DNA from: Gemmatales bacterium
GTDB lineage: Bacteria; Planctomycetota; Planctomycetia; Gemmatales; HRBIN36
Direction of reading: 5' to 3'
DNA length: 64,000 nucleotides
Assembly (NCBI GenBank): GCA_041640595.1
Contig: JBEPZY010000001.1
Span: 224,001 to 288,000, forward strand
A program made the translations under genes and the position numbers. This document shows positions 31,326-40,200 of the stretch, piece by piece. Position 1 is the stretch's first letter, and each line of letters starts with the position of its first letter. The notes below the pieces were generated by a model. It ran no database searches. It saw only the letters and a program-made list of their open reading frames with translations, and was not told the origin of the DNA.

Positions 31326-32312
31326 TCATTCGTTTCTGGGTTCGGACTGGAATCTGCGGAGCAACTCTTCTAATATGACGCCCGCCAGCAAAAATGCACC
31401 TACTACCGTGGACAAAAGTTCGCTGCGTATGCCCAGCATCAAGGTGAGGCGGTCTAATAGCCAGATAATAGCGGTTCCCAGTGCCATGCCAGGTACAGTG
31501 CCCTCACCGCCGCGCAGACTGCAACCTCCTAATACCGCAGCAGCGATGGCATACAGTTCGTAAAAACTCCCGACATTAGATGGTAAGGCGGAATTGTGCT
31601 GCGTAATGTAAAGGATGCCGGCGAAGGCAGAAAGTGTCGAGCAAATAACATAGGCCAGTATCTTATAACGATCCACGGCGATGCCAGCGAACCGGGCAGC
31701 ACGTTCATTGCCACCGATGGCGTAAAGGTATCTGCCATAGACGGTAGCATGCATGAAAACAGCAGCCAGCGCCGTCAGGATAAGAAAAATTACGAAAAAC
31801 CGTGGCAGCGGCCCTATCGGATCAGCATAAAGAAATGCTTTCAGTGATTCGAACTGATTACCCAAGCCCATGACCTGTTCGCCGCTGACCCAGCGAGCCA
31901 GTCCACGATAGATAAACAGGCCGCACAGGGTGACCACAAAGGGTTGCAGGCGGAGTTTGGTGACTAATATGCCGTGGAATAAGCCGATCCCGGCTCCGAC
32001 TGCGAGGACTGTGAGCAAAACGCCAAGTTGCCCAAGCACCGAGTGTTCCGACACGCGAAGTAGTAACATGGGAAATATAGTGGCAGTAAGTCCGACGACC
32101 GAGCCCATGGAAAGGTCTATACCCCCGCTAATTATGAGAATGCCTGCCCCAATGGTCAGTACGCCATAAAAACCGATGTCGCGGGCTAAATTGTAATGAG
32201 CGGATCTGTAATGAGCGGATGTATCGCCGGGTGTTTCGCTCGTGAGGAGTGCTCTGGCATAGATGGCATATAGTAGTAAGAAAAACACGGAGAGGCCTAA
32301 CAATTTTTTCAT
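31326..32312 (-). CDS. sugar ABC transporter permease (RbsC-like)
   Basis: IISGGIDLSMGS, QPFVVTL, YAIGGNERAARFAGI, YELYAIAAAVLGGCSLRGG. Confidence 0.93.
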   Translation of the reverse strand: MKKLLGLSVFFLLLYAIYARALLTSETPGDTSAHYRSAHYNLARDIGFYGVLTIGAGILIISGGIDLSMGSVVGLTATIFPMLLLRVSEHSVLGQLGVLLTVLAVGAGIGLFHGILVTKLRLQPFVVTLCGLFIYRGLARWVSGEQVMGLGNQFESLKAFLYADPIGPLPRFFVIFLILTALAAVFMHATVYGRYLYAIGGNERAARFAGIAVDRYKILAYVICSTLSAFAGILYITQHNSALPSNVGSFYELYAIAAAVLGGCSLRGGEGTVPGMALGTAIIWLLDRLTLMLGIRSELLSTVVGAFLLAGVILEELLRRFQSEPRNE

Positions 32313-33856
32313 GGTCGTCCCTCAGCTCCCGTGGCGAGGCGTAGAATCGTTTCTTCCGACATCTGGGATCGGTCAAGTTCGCCAGCCAGTTCGCCTTGAT
32401 GCATCACCAGCACACGATCGCAAAGTCCGAGAATTTCCTCGATTTCGCTGGAGACCAGCAAGATCGCTACACCCTGCCGTGCCAGGTCGTCAATTAAGGC
32501 GTAAATTTCCGACTTAGCATTGACATCAATGCCGCGTGTAGGCTCGTCCAGAAGCAACCAGCGTGGGCGACGCGCCAGCCATTTGGCAAGCACTGTTTTT
32601 TGCTGATTTCCACCACTTAGTAAGCCCACCGTTTGATTAACATGCGGCGTGCGAATCGCTAACTGCTTTACCAGGCGATTTGCTAAGTCATATTCGCGCT
32701 GCCAGGCAATGAAGCGAAACCTGCTTAGTTGCTTTAGCGATGGAAGACTAATATTATGGCGAACAGTGTCGCTCAGGATAAGGCCGTGGGACTTGCGATC
32801 TTCCGGCACTAAATAAATGCCGGCGCGAATGGCATCGTGGGGAGATCGAATAGGCACCTCCTGGTCGTCTAAATAAATGTGTCCGGCGAGCTTCGGGCGG
32901 ATGCCAAAGAGCGTTTCCACCAGACGTGTGCGGCCGGAACCCATAAGCCCAGCCAGACCGACCACTTCACCGCGATAAAGCGAAAAAGCAATGGGCCTAT
33001 TCTGGCCGGGACGGATTCGCAAATCGCTCACCCGCACCAGCGCTTTGTCGTCGCGGCTGGGCGAAAATTGCCGCTGGAAAAACTGCTTCAACTCGCGGCC
33101 GACCATGAGCTGAACCATAGCTTCGTGGGCGATCTGGTTGCGTTGCAGTTCGCCGGCATTGCGACCGTCGCGGAGAACGGTAACCCGATCAGCAATCTGT
33201 TCCACTTCGCGGAGGCGATGGGAAATATAGATAATGCTGACGCCCTGACGGCTCAGGCGTCGCATAATCTCGAACAAGCACTCGGTCTCCCGCTGCGTAA
33301 GGCTGGAGGTGGGTTCGTCCATAATCAAGATGCGCGAAGCGGAGGAAAGGGCCTTGGCGATTTCGACGAGTTGTTGCTGACCTATCGGGAGAGACTTGAC
33401 GGGAGTTGTCAGTGGTACCTGCAGGCCTAATTGGCGGGTATAGAGAGCGGCATGTTTGTAAATGTCTCGGCTCAGCCAGCGCAGGGGACCGCCGCGAATC
33501 GGTTCCCGACCTAAGAAGATATTGCCGGCAATGTCCAGCTGAGGCACCAGGTTGAGTTCCTGGTGGATGAGCGCGATACCGTGTCGCTGGGCGTCCTGGA
33601 CGTTGCGAAAGCGAACCGGTCGGCCCTGGAGAAAAATTTGTCCGGCATCCGGCGTCAGGACACCGGCGAGGATTTTCATAAGCGTGGATTTGCCGGCTCC
33701 GTTTTCGCCGACCACAGCAAGGATTTCGCCAGGATACAGCCGCAGGCCAACTTCCCAGAGAGCTTGCACACCCGGAAAGGCCTTGCAAATGCCTACTGCT
33801 TCCAGGACGGGCGGAGTGGCGGTGGAATCGAATTTGCCCGCGGCGTGGACGCTCAT
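32309..33856 (-). CDS. sugar ABC transporter ATP-binding protein (RbsA-like, two NBDs)
   Basis: GENGAGKSTL, MDEPTSSL, VPEDRK, LSGGNQQK, LDEPTRGID. Confidence 0.95.
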   Translation of the reverse strand: MSVHAAGKFDSTATPPVLEAVGICKAFPGVQALWEVGLRLYPGEILAVVGENGAGKSTLMKILAGVLTPDAGQIFLQGRPVRFRNVQDAQRHGIALIHQELNLVPQLDIAGNIFLGREPIRGGPLRWLSRDIYKHAALYTRQLGLQVPLTTPVKSLPIGQQQLVEIAKALSSASRILIMDEPTSSLTQRETECLFEIMRRLSRQGVSIIYISHRLREVEQIADRVTVLRDGRNAGELQRNQIAHEAMVQLMVGRELKQFFQRQFSPSRDDKALVRVSDLRIRPGQNRPIAFSLYRGEVVGLAGLMGSGRTRLVETLFGIRPKLAGHIYLDDQEVPIRSPHDAIRAGIYLVPEDRKSHGLILSDTVRHNISLPSLKQLSRFRFIAWQREYDLANRLVKQLAIRTPHVNQTVGLLSGGNQQKTVLAKWLARRPRWLLLDEPTRGIDVNAKSEIYALIDDLARQGVAILLVSSEIEEILGLCDRVLVMHQGELAGELDRSQMSEETILRLATGAEGRP

Positions 33857-34854
33857 GGTTCCCGCAGTGCCTCCAGGACGCCCTGACGGCGTTCGATGGC
33901 GTTTTGGACATCGAGGCGGCCCACGAAGATGGCGACTTTGCCGCCTTCAGGCAAAACCTTGCGGACTAACCGACCGGCCGCCCGACCGGCTTCCACATTA
34001 TTCGTGCCGACGTAGCACAAGCGTTTGCTTCCGGGCGGGAGATCGCTGTCGGCCGCGATGAAGGGAATCTTGCTGGCTATTTCATCGAAAAACGCCGCTT
34101 GATTGGCGGCATCCACGGGGCTGATGGCGACACCCTGGACGCCGCGATTGAGCAAAGTCTCCAGGATACTGCGCTGTTCTTCGGGCGTACCGCGGGCAGG
34201 GCGGTGGAATTCGTAGCGGATGTTGAATTCTTCGGCAGCCTGTTGCACGCCGCGTTCGCAAATCGTCCAGAATTCGTGCGGGTTGTTGCTGATGAAGGCC
34301 AAAAACGGCTGCGAATCCGCGGGGCTTTTAGAAGCGGCGCTGGGCTTTCTCTCTTTGATTTCGCGGAGTTGTTTGTGGAACTCTTCCACATTTTCGCGGG
34401 TGATGACTCGATGGGGGATGTAGAGGATACGGTTTTCCGGCAGCATCGCGTCCTGCTTACGGATGGTGGCGGCGAGAATCCGCATAGACTCGTAACCGAA
34501 TCGGAAGGGGTCCTGAACCACGGTGCCCACAATGTGGCCGTCTTTGATTCCCTGGAGCGTTTCCTCGTTTTCGTCGAAACCGACGATGTGCACGGTGCCG
34601 AGCTTACCGGCTTCCTTGACTGCTTGCAGTAAGGCGGGCGGATTATAGGCCCATAAGCCGACCAGACAATTGATATCGGGGTGGCGGGCGAGAACTGCTT
34701 CGGCGTTCGCTTTGCACTTATCCTGCTGGGCGTCGTCGGTAAAAGTGCCGACCAGCACGTATTTGCCGACCTGCTCGGTTTGCTGACGCACGCAGCCGAC
34801 GGCGGCTACGAGCAGGCAAAGTAATCCGCAGAACCCAAGTCGAAGCCAGGGCAT
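33853..34854 (-). CDS. sugar ABC transporter substrate-binding lipoprotein (RbsB-like), circularly permuted
   Basis: Lipobox VAAVG-C; motifs IVGFD, TVVQDP..FGY, AFISNN..FW, GVAISP, DSD, VGTNN..AG, ERRQG are all present but in swapped order. Confidence 0.88.
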   Translation of the reverse strand: MPWLRLGFCGLLCLLVAAVGCVRQQTEQVGKYVLVGTFTDDAQQDKCKANAEAVLARHPDINCLVGLWAYNPPALLQAVKEAGKLGTVHIVGFDENEETLQGIKDGHIVGTVVQDPFRFGYESMRILAATIRKQDAMLPENRILYIPHRVITRENVEEFHKQLREIKERKPSAASKSPADSQPFLAFISNNPHEFWTICERGVQQAAEEFNIRYEFHRPARGTPEEQRSILETLLNRGVQGVAISPVDAANQAAFFDEIASKIPFIAADSDLPPGSKRLCYVGTNNVEAGRAAGRLVRKVLPEGGKVAIFVGRLDVQNAIERRQGVLEALREP

Positions 34855-34966
34855 GAGTGAACCTCCGTTGCGAGGTTAGGAGACGCTGCTCGCCCGGGAA
34901 GGCGGCAACCGGGGCAGGGATATGTTTTAGGGGATTTTACGGGAAAAGCCGAGAGGGCCGGCCGGA

Positions 34967-36478
34967 TTACCAGCGATAACGGCGCTGGCCACGCTGCCGG
35001 AGGAAAATAGCCGCGGCGTTCAGCGATAGTAGCAGGGCAAGCAAAACCAGGCTGGCCATCGCGGCACAATAGCGCCACTCCAGCTGGGGACGCATAGCCC
35101 AGTTGTATATCTGCATGGGCAGCACCGTGAAGCGACTGAACAGGTGAGGAGTGAAGTCCAGAAACAGGAATGCGCCGAATACCACCAGCGGTGCCGCTTC
35201 ACCGACCACACGGGAAATGGCCAGAATCACGCCGGTCAGAATGTTCGGCAGCGCGTAAGGCAGAACGTGGTGGGAAATCATTTGCCAGCGGGTCGCTCCC
35301 AGAGCCAGGGCGGCATGGCGAATGGAAACAGGCACAGCCCGCAGGGCTTCCTGAGCGGAGACGATGATGACCGGCAAAGTCAGGATGGCTAGCGTGAGTC
35401 CGCCGCCCAGAGTGTTGCGATGGGCAACGCGGGCCTGTGGGCCGAACAGCCATTCCGTCAGCTGTTGCAACCATTGCACGGTAAATCGGCCGCGTTCGTC
35501 CACAATCGGCTGAAACAACAGTTCGACAAAGATGTAGGCTCCGAGAATTCCGTAAACCACCGAGGGCACGCCGGCCAGGTTGCCCAAGTTGATTTCAATG
35601 ACGCGGGCCAGCCAGGTACGGCGAGCGTACTCTTCCAGGTAAATAGCGGCGCCAACCCCGATCGGTACCGCTACCAGCAGGGTGATCATGGCCATATAGA
35701 AACTACCCACCAGCGCCGGCAAAATGCCCGTGTCTGCTGGGTCATCGCTGGGGCGAGAGGTGAGAAACCGCCACAAAGCTGCCACGGCGCTGGTGCGCTT
35801 CTGAAACTTCGCCTCCAATTCCTTACGGATTTCCTGCTGCCTTTGGTCGAGGTTTTGTTGCAGATGCTCGCGTAAAAGCTGAAAACGGACTTCCAGGTCG
35901 TGGCGGAGTTCTTTCGCCTTGCGTTCGGCCGCTGCTTTTTCCTCAGGGGATTCGGCTTGTTGCAGGAGCTGGGCGATTTGTTCCTCCAGTTGCTGACGTG
36001 CCTGGTGTTCCTCTTTCTCGAGTCGGCCAAATTCCGCCTGTCGCTCCTGGTCGAACTGGCGCAAGCGTTCAACGAAAGCGGCGTTCCTTTTCTGAATGGC
36101 GTTTTGTATGTTCTGGAACCATGTCCAGCCATCGCGGATCAGGGAAGCCAGAAACCACGCCAGCACCGCCACCGCCAGACAGGTGGCGCACGCAGTAACC
36201 GTTACAAACAGCGAAGCCCGGGAACTCCGCGACCAGTGGAGCAGATAACCCAGAAAAATACCACCGCTCAGAAACGCGCTGAGCACCAACCAGCGGAACA
36301 CACCTTGAGGCCAAATCCAGGGAGCGTTGGCCAGCGTCAGCCCGTGCAAAAAAGCCAGAATCACCGCGGCAAGCACGGGACCCAGTCCCGACCAGAGCAA
36401 CGCTGCCGGCCAGAGTTCTCGCCAGCTCAACGGGGGATCTCGCAAAGGATTGCCAGTTCGCTGAATCGAGGAAACCAT
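34967..36478 (-). CDS. pstA: phosphate ABC transporter permease PstA with coiled-coil insertion
   Basis: GAAIYLEEYA, NLAGVPSVVYG, EALRAVP, ALGATRWQ, RVVGEAAP. Confidence 0.9.
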   Translation of the reverse strand: MVSSIQRTGNPLRDPPLSWRELWPAALLWSGLGPVLAAVILAFLHGLTLANAPWIWPQGVFRWLVLSAFLSGGIFLGYLLHWSRSSRASLFVTVTACATCLAVAVLAWFLASLIRDGWTWFQNIQNAIQKRNAAFVERLRQFDQERQAEFGRLEKEEHQARQQLEEQIAQLLQQAESPEEKAAAERKAKELRHDLEVRFQLLREHLQQNLDQRQQEIRKELEAKFQKRTSAVAALWRFLTSRPSDDPADTGILPALVGSFYMAMITLLVAVPIGVGAAIYLEEYARRTWLARVIEINLGNLAGVPSVVYGILGAYIFVELLFQPIVDERGRFTVQWLQQLTEWLFGPQARVAHRNTLGGGLTLAILTLPVIIVSAQEALRAVPVSIRHAALALGATRWQMISHHVLPYALPNILTGVILAISRVVGEAAPLVVFGAFLFLDFTPHLFSRFTVLPMQIYNWAMRPQLEWRYCAAMASLVLLALLLSLNAAAIFLRQRGQRRYRW

Positions 36479-36544
36479 GGGCCTGAAAGCCTCCGTAGTG
36501 CAGCGCGCGACCGGTTTGGGCGGGGGCCTTTGTTGCTCTGTGCG

Positions 36545-37636
36545 TTAGACATACACCTGCCGGTAGCGGCGAAGCACAAGCACGCCCAGCAGATTCATGG
36601 CCAGAGTGACGCAGAAAAGCACCAGAGCCAGGGCGAAAAGACTTCGGAAATGCGTACTGTTGTGCATGACATCGCCCGTAGCAATGGTGGCAATGTAACT
36701 GGTGATGGTAGCAGCGCCGACCCGCGGATCGAAAGTAAGTTGTGCTTTACCACCGCAGGCCAGGGTCACGGCCATGGTTTCACCTATGGCACGAGCGATG
36801 GACAGCAAAAACGACGCCATCACGCCGGACAAAGCGGCCGGCAATACCACACGAGTCGCGGTTTCAAAGCGATTCGCCCCCAGTGCGAACGAGGCATGCC
36901 GGAGCGCCTGCGGAACCGCTCGCAGGCTATCCTCGCTCAAACTGGTCACCATGGGCAAAATCATGATGGCCACCACGATGCCGCCACTCAGCTGATTGTT
37001 GGGATGAACGCCGGGAACGAATTGCTGCAGCAGCGGCGTGACCGTTGTCAGCGCGAAATACCCGTAAACCACGGTCGGAATCCCGGCCAGGATTTCCAGC
37101 ACCGGTTTCAGAATGGCACGCAAGCGGGGGCCGGCGTACTCGCTCAAAAATATAGCCGTGATCAGTCCGGTCGGTAAAGCCAGCAACCCAGCAAGGCCAG
37201 CCACCATCAACGTACCGACCAGCAGCGGTAACATGCCGTATTTCTCGCCGCGGAAACCCGCTGTCCATTCGGTTCCGGTCAGGAAATAGCGCACCGTTAC
37301 CGGTGAACGCTCTAGAGCAGGAAGATCGTTGAAAGTTTGCGGATAAAGCAGGGCAGTGGCTACCCACGGAAAAGTGGGGTCGGGCGGGGCCATGAATAAC
37401 GCACTGGCTCGCTGCAATGCCAGGTCGCGTTCATGCGTGTATTCGGCATCCTCGAAAAAGCGCCAGCTTTCGCCGACCAGCACGACAATGATGGCCAGCG
37501 TGATCGCCAGTGATAACGAAGCCGAACTGGCCAGCAGCAGGCGGATAAACCCTTCCCAGATACGGCGACCCACCGATACGGGTTGCCGTAACTGTAACCG
37601 CAACTCTTCCGGTAAGGTATTGGGGAAATCGGGCAT
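36545..37636 (-). CDS. pstC: phosphate ABC transporter permease PstC
   Basis: AIFLSEYA, LAGIPTVVYG, SEDSLRAVP, ARAIGETMAV. Confidence 0.92.
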   Translation of the reverse strand: MPDFPNTLPEELRLQLRQPVSVGRRIWEGFIRLLLASSASLSLAITLAIIVVLVGESWRFFEDAEYTHERDLALQRASALFMAPPDPTFPWVATALLYPQTFNDLPALERSPVTVRYFLTGTEWTAGFRGEKYGMLPLLVGTLMVAGLAGLLALPTGLITAIFLSEYAGPRLRAILKPVLEILAGIPTVVYGYFALTTVTPLLQQFVPGVHPNNQLSGGIVVAIMILPMVTSLSEDSLRAVPQALRHASFALGANRFETATRVVLPAALSGVMASFLLSIARAIGETMAVTLACGGKAQLTFDPRVGAATITSYIATIATGDVMHNSTHFRSLFALALVLFCVTLAMNLLGVLVLRRYRQVYV

Positions 37637-37878
37637 AGCCGTGAAGACTCCCAATGCCGCGACCTGTCTGCAACCCTGAAGTAAGCGATGTTCTCTTCGC
37701 AGCCCTGGATGCAAAGCCAGGCGACTGCAGTTTTGCGGCAGTCAGGCACTGCAATAGCGTCGGCGACAGGCACTCCGATGAATCGGAAGCCAAGCCGTCG
37801 TCAGGTTGTAGCAGACAGGCCATCTTTGGCTGAGACTGACCAAGCAGGTAGTGGGTAAGCCCGGCAGACGGGGTCGGC

Positions 37879-38448
37879 TTATTTCTTCGGAGTTTCTTTA
37901 CCGAGGTACTTATGCGTTTCGGTATCCACCCGCACCAGATCGCCAACACGTATAAACTGCGGCACCTTGATTTCCAGGCCGCAGGCTAATTTGGCGTCTT
38001 TGAGGACGTTGCTGGCGTGTCCGGAACCGGAACCTGCGCCGGTTTCGACGACCTCGTCCACAAAAGTCGGGGGAAAGACCACCTGTACCGGTTGCCCTTC
38101 CACCAGGCGAATGGGAAACTCGGCTCCCTCTTTCAGCAGCCATTTTCCTTTGCCAACGATTTCCGCCGGGACAGTAATCTGGTCGTAAGTTTCGCTGTCC
38201 ATGAAGACGTAGCCCGACTGGTCTTCGTAGAGAAACTGGAACTGGCGCGTGGCCACTTCCGGAGCTTCGACGCGATCGGTTTCGTTGAAGCTCCGCTCAA
38301 CGACATGACCGCTTCGCATGTTCCGCAACCGGACCTGCAGCACCGGTTTGCGCTGGGCTGTCTTCTGAATGTGATAGTCCTCCACTATCCAGTGGGCCCC
38401 TTCGAGCGTGATGACCGTACCTTTTTTCAACTCGGAGACGCTAATCAT
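37879..38448 (-). CDS. elongation factor P family protein (divergent paralog)
   Basis: ELKKG, VRLRNMRSG, FQFLYED...FMDSETYDQ, VPQFIRVGDLVRVDT; loop reads KTAQRK instead of KPGKG. Confidence 0.85.
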   Translation of the reverse strand: MISVSELKKGTVITLEGAHWIVEDYHIQKTAQRKPVLQVRLRNMRSGHVVERSFNETDRVEAPEVATRQFQFLYEDQSGYVFMDSETYDQITVPAEIVGKGKWLLKEGAEFPIRLVEGQPVQVVFPPTFVDEVVETGAGSGSGHASNVLKDAKLACGLEIKVPQFIRVGDLVRVDTETHKYLGKETPKK

Positions 38449-38596
38449 GGCCAGCCCTCCTGAGAGGAACCTCTGTGGTTCATTCTAGAAAGCACCGCTC
38501 AATCCATAACTTAGGCGAGCGTGAATTTTTCGTGAAGCCGGGCTGGCAGAGGTGTCCGGAGCCAACGTAGCAGCGCCGGGCGTAATCTCGCCGGGG

Positions 38597-40012
38597 TCAC
38601 AAAAAGAAACGCCGCAACAGCAGCACGACCAGCAGACCGAAATTGAGACCGGCCAGCAGTACCAGAAGCCAGACCCATATCAGCCAGTCCTTGCGGCGAC
38701 CTCGTCCACGCAGGCCGGCAACTTCGGTCAGGGCTACGCCAGTCCCAGCGGCGGGAATGAAGTTGAGCGTGAACTGCGAACTGCCGGCCCCGCTCTGGCC
38801 ACCATCGGCCGTCGGAGCAATCACCGGCGATGCGGGTGCTGCTTGTGGTGCGGCGGGTGTTGGTGAAACCGCTGGGCGAGGCTCGCAATCCAGCAATTGC
38901 GCCTCCGGAAGCTCCTCGGCTGCGGGAACCGGTTGCGACGCCAGCAATTTCACTCGCGGCGGTTGACGCCAGGCCGCCAACCGCTGGGCTACCTCAAGCG
39001 CGCTGGCCGGGCGTTGCCGGGGGTCCTTAGCCATCATTTGCTTGACCAAATCCTCGATAGCCGGCGGAATATCGCTGCGCAGTTGTCCCAGAGGTGTCGG
39101 CTCCTCGGTTTGATGCCGCATCAGCTTCTCCAGGGGCGTCCCATCGGGAAAAGGCGGTCGTCCGGCCAGACAGAAATAGAGTGTCGCACCGAGACTGTAA
39201 ACGTCGCTGCGTGGATCGGCGTTATGACTGTCGCGGGCCTGTTCCGGAGCCATAAAATCCGGCGTTCCCATCACCGCATGCAGGCGCGTGATCTGCGTGG
39301 ATTCCAGGTGGCGGGTGGCATCGTATCGGGCCAGGCCCAGGTCGAGAATTTTGACCTGACCGTAAGTGAATTGTTGGACGCACTGACCGGGTTCCTCGCG
39401 GCGGACGATTTCGAGCATGATGTTGGACGGTTTCATGTCGCGGTGAACGACGCCGTGGCGGTGAGCGTAGTCCAGACCGATGGCCGCATGGTAAATGCAA
39501 TGGGCCGCCAGCTCGACGGGCAACGGGCCGACTTTCTTAACCAACCGCGACAGATCAATCCCGTCCACGTACTCCAGTACCAGGAAGAGCTGACCATTAT
39601 GCTCCGAGGCATCGAAAGCCCGCACGATATTGGGATGGTTGAGTTTGACCAGAGCCGCGATTTCCCGACGAAACCGTGCCAGGGCCACCGGATGCTGAGC
39701 GTAACGCGGATCGAGTATCTTTACGGCCACCGTCAGTCCGGTTGTCAAATGCTGGGCCTTGTACACCTGGGCCATGCCGCCGTGACCGATGCGGTCGAGC
39801 AAAATGTAGGGACCGATGCGAAGGTTCTGTCCCCGACCCGTCAGCAGATAGTTGGCCTGCAGAGGCGTCAGCAAACGTTCTCTCACCAGGACGCGCGCCA
39901 GTCCGAGTGCGTCCAGCTGATTGAGGTCGGGGCGACGTAACCGCTCCCTAATAGCCGGAAGCAGCGTCAGGCCTGTTTGCTGCAAGTGCAAGAGGAAATC
40001 GCGGCGATCCAT
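38597..40012 (-). CDS. Hanks-type serine/threonine protein kinase with C-terminal TM
   Basis: IGHGGMAQVY, VAVK, HRDMKPSN, LDLGL, GTPDFMAPEQ, SDVYSLG. Confidence 0.95.
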   Translation of the reverse strand: MDRRDFLLHLQQTGLTLLPAIRERLRRPDLNQLDALGLARVLVRERLLTPLQANYLLTGRGQNLRIGPYILLDRIGHGGMAQVYKAQHLTTGLTVAVKILDPRYAQHPVALARFRREIAALVKLNHPNIVRAFDASEHNGQLFLVLEYVDGIDLSRLVKKVGPLPVELAAHCIYHAAIGLDYAHRHGVVHRDMKPSNIMLEIVRREEPGQCVQQFTYGQVKILDLGLARYDATRHLESTQITRLHAVMGTPDFMAPEQARDSHNADPRSDVYSLGATLYFCLAGRPPFPDGTPLEKLMRHQTEEPTPLGQLRSDIPPAIEDLVKQMMAKDPRQRPASALEVAQRLAAWRQPPRVKLLASQPVPAAEELPEAQLLDCEPRPAVSPTPAAPQAAPASPVIAPTADGGQSGAGSSQFTLNFIPAAGTGVALTEVAGLRGRGRRKDWLIWVWLLVLLAGLNFGLLVVLLLRRFFL

Positions 40013-40015
40013 TGC

Positions 40016-40150
40016 TAGTGGTCAGTGGTTAGTGGCTAGTGGCCAGTTGCACGAGGGCTTGCCAGTGGCCAGTGGTCAGTGGTTAGTGGTCAGTTGCACG
40101 AGGATTCACTAGTGGTCGGTGATCGGTGGCTAGTGGATGGTTGCATGAGT
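40016..40150. repeat. nested heptamer tandem repeat (AGTGGNN)n in ~47-bp units
   Basis: Blocks of AGTGGTC/AGTGGTT/AGTGGCT/AGTGGCC closed by AGTTGCACGAGG at ~40016 and 40063, with a degenerate block at 40110. Confidence 0.85.
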
Positions 40151-40200
40151 GGTGACTGATGGTCGGTTTAAGGGGTTTTGCGGGGGAGCGGTGGGCAGGT

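Noticed and set aside
39965..40012. Tat-like DRRDFL at the kinase N-terminus
   Set aside because: No hydrophobic h-region follows, and the kinase domain should be cytoplasmic.
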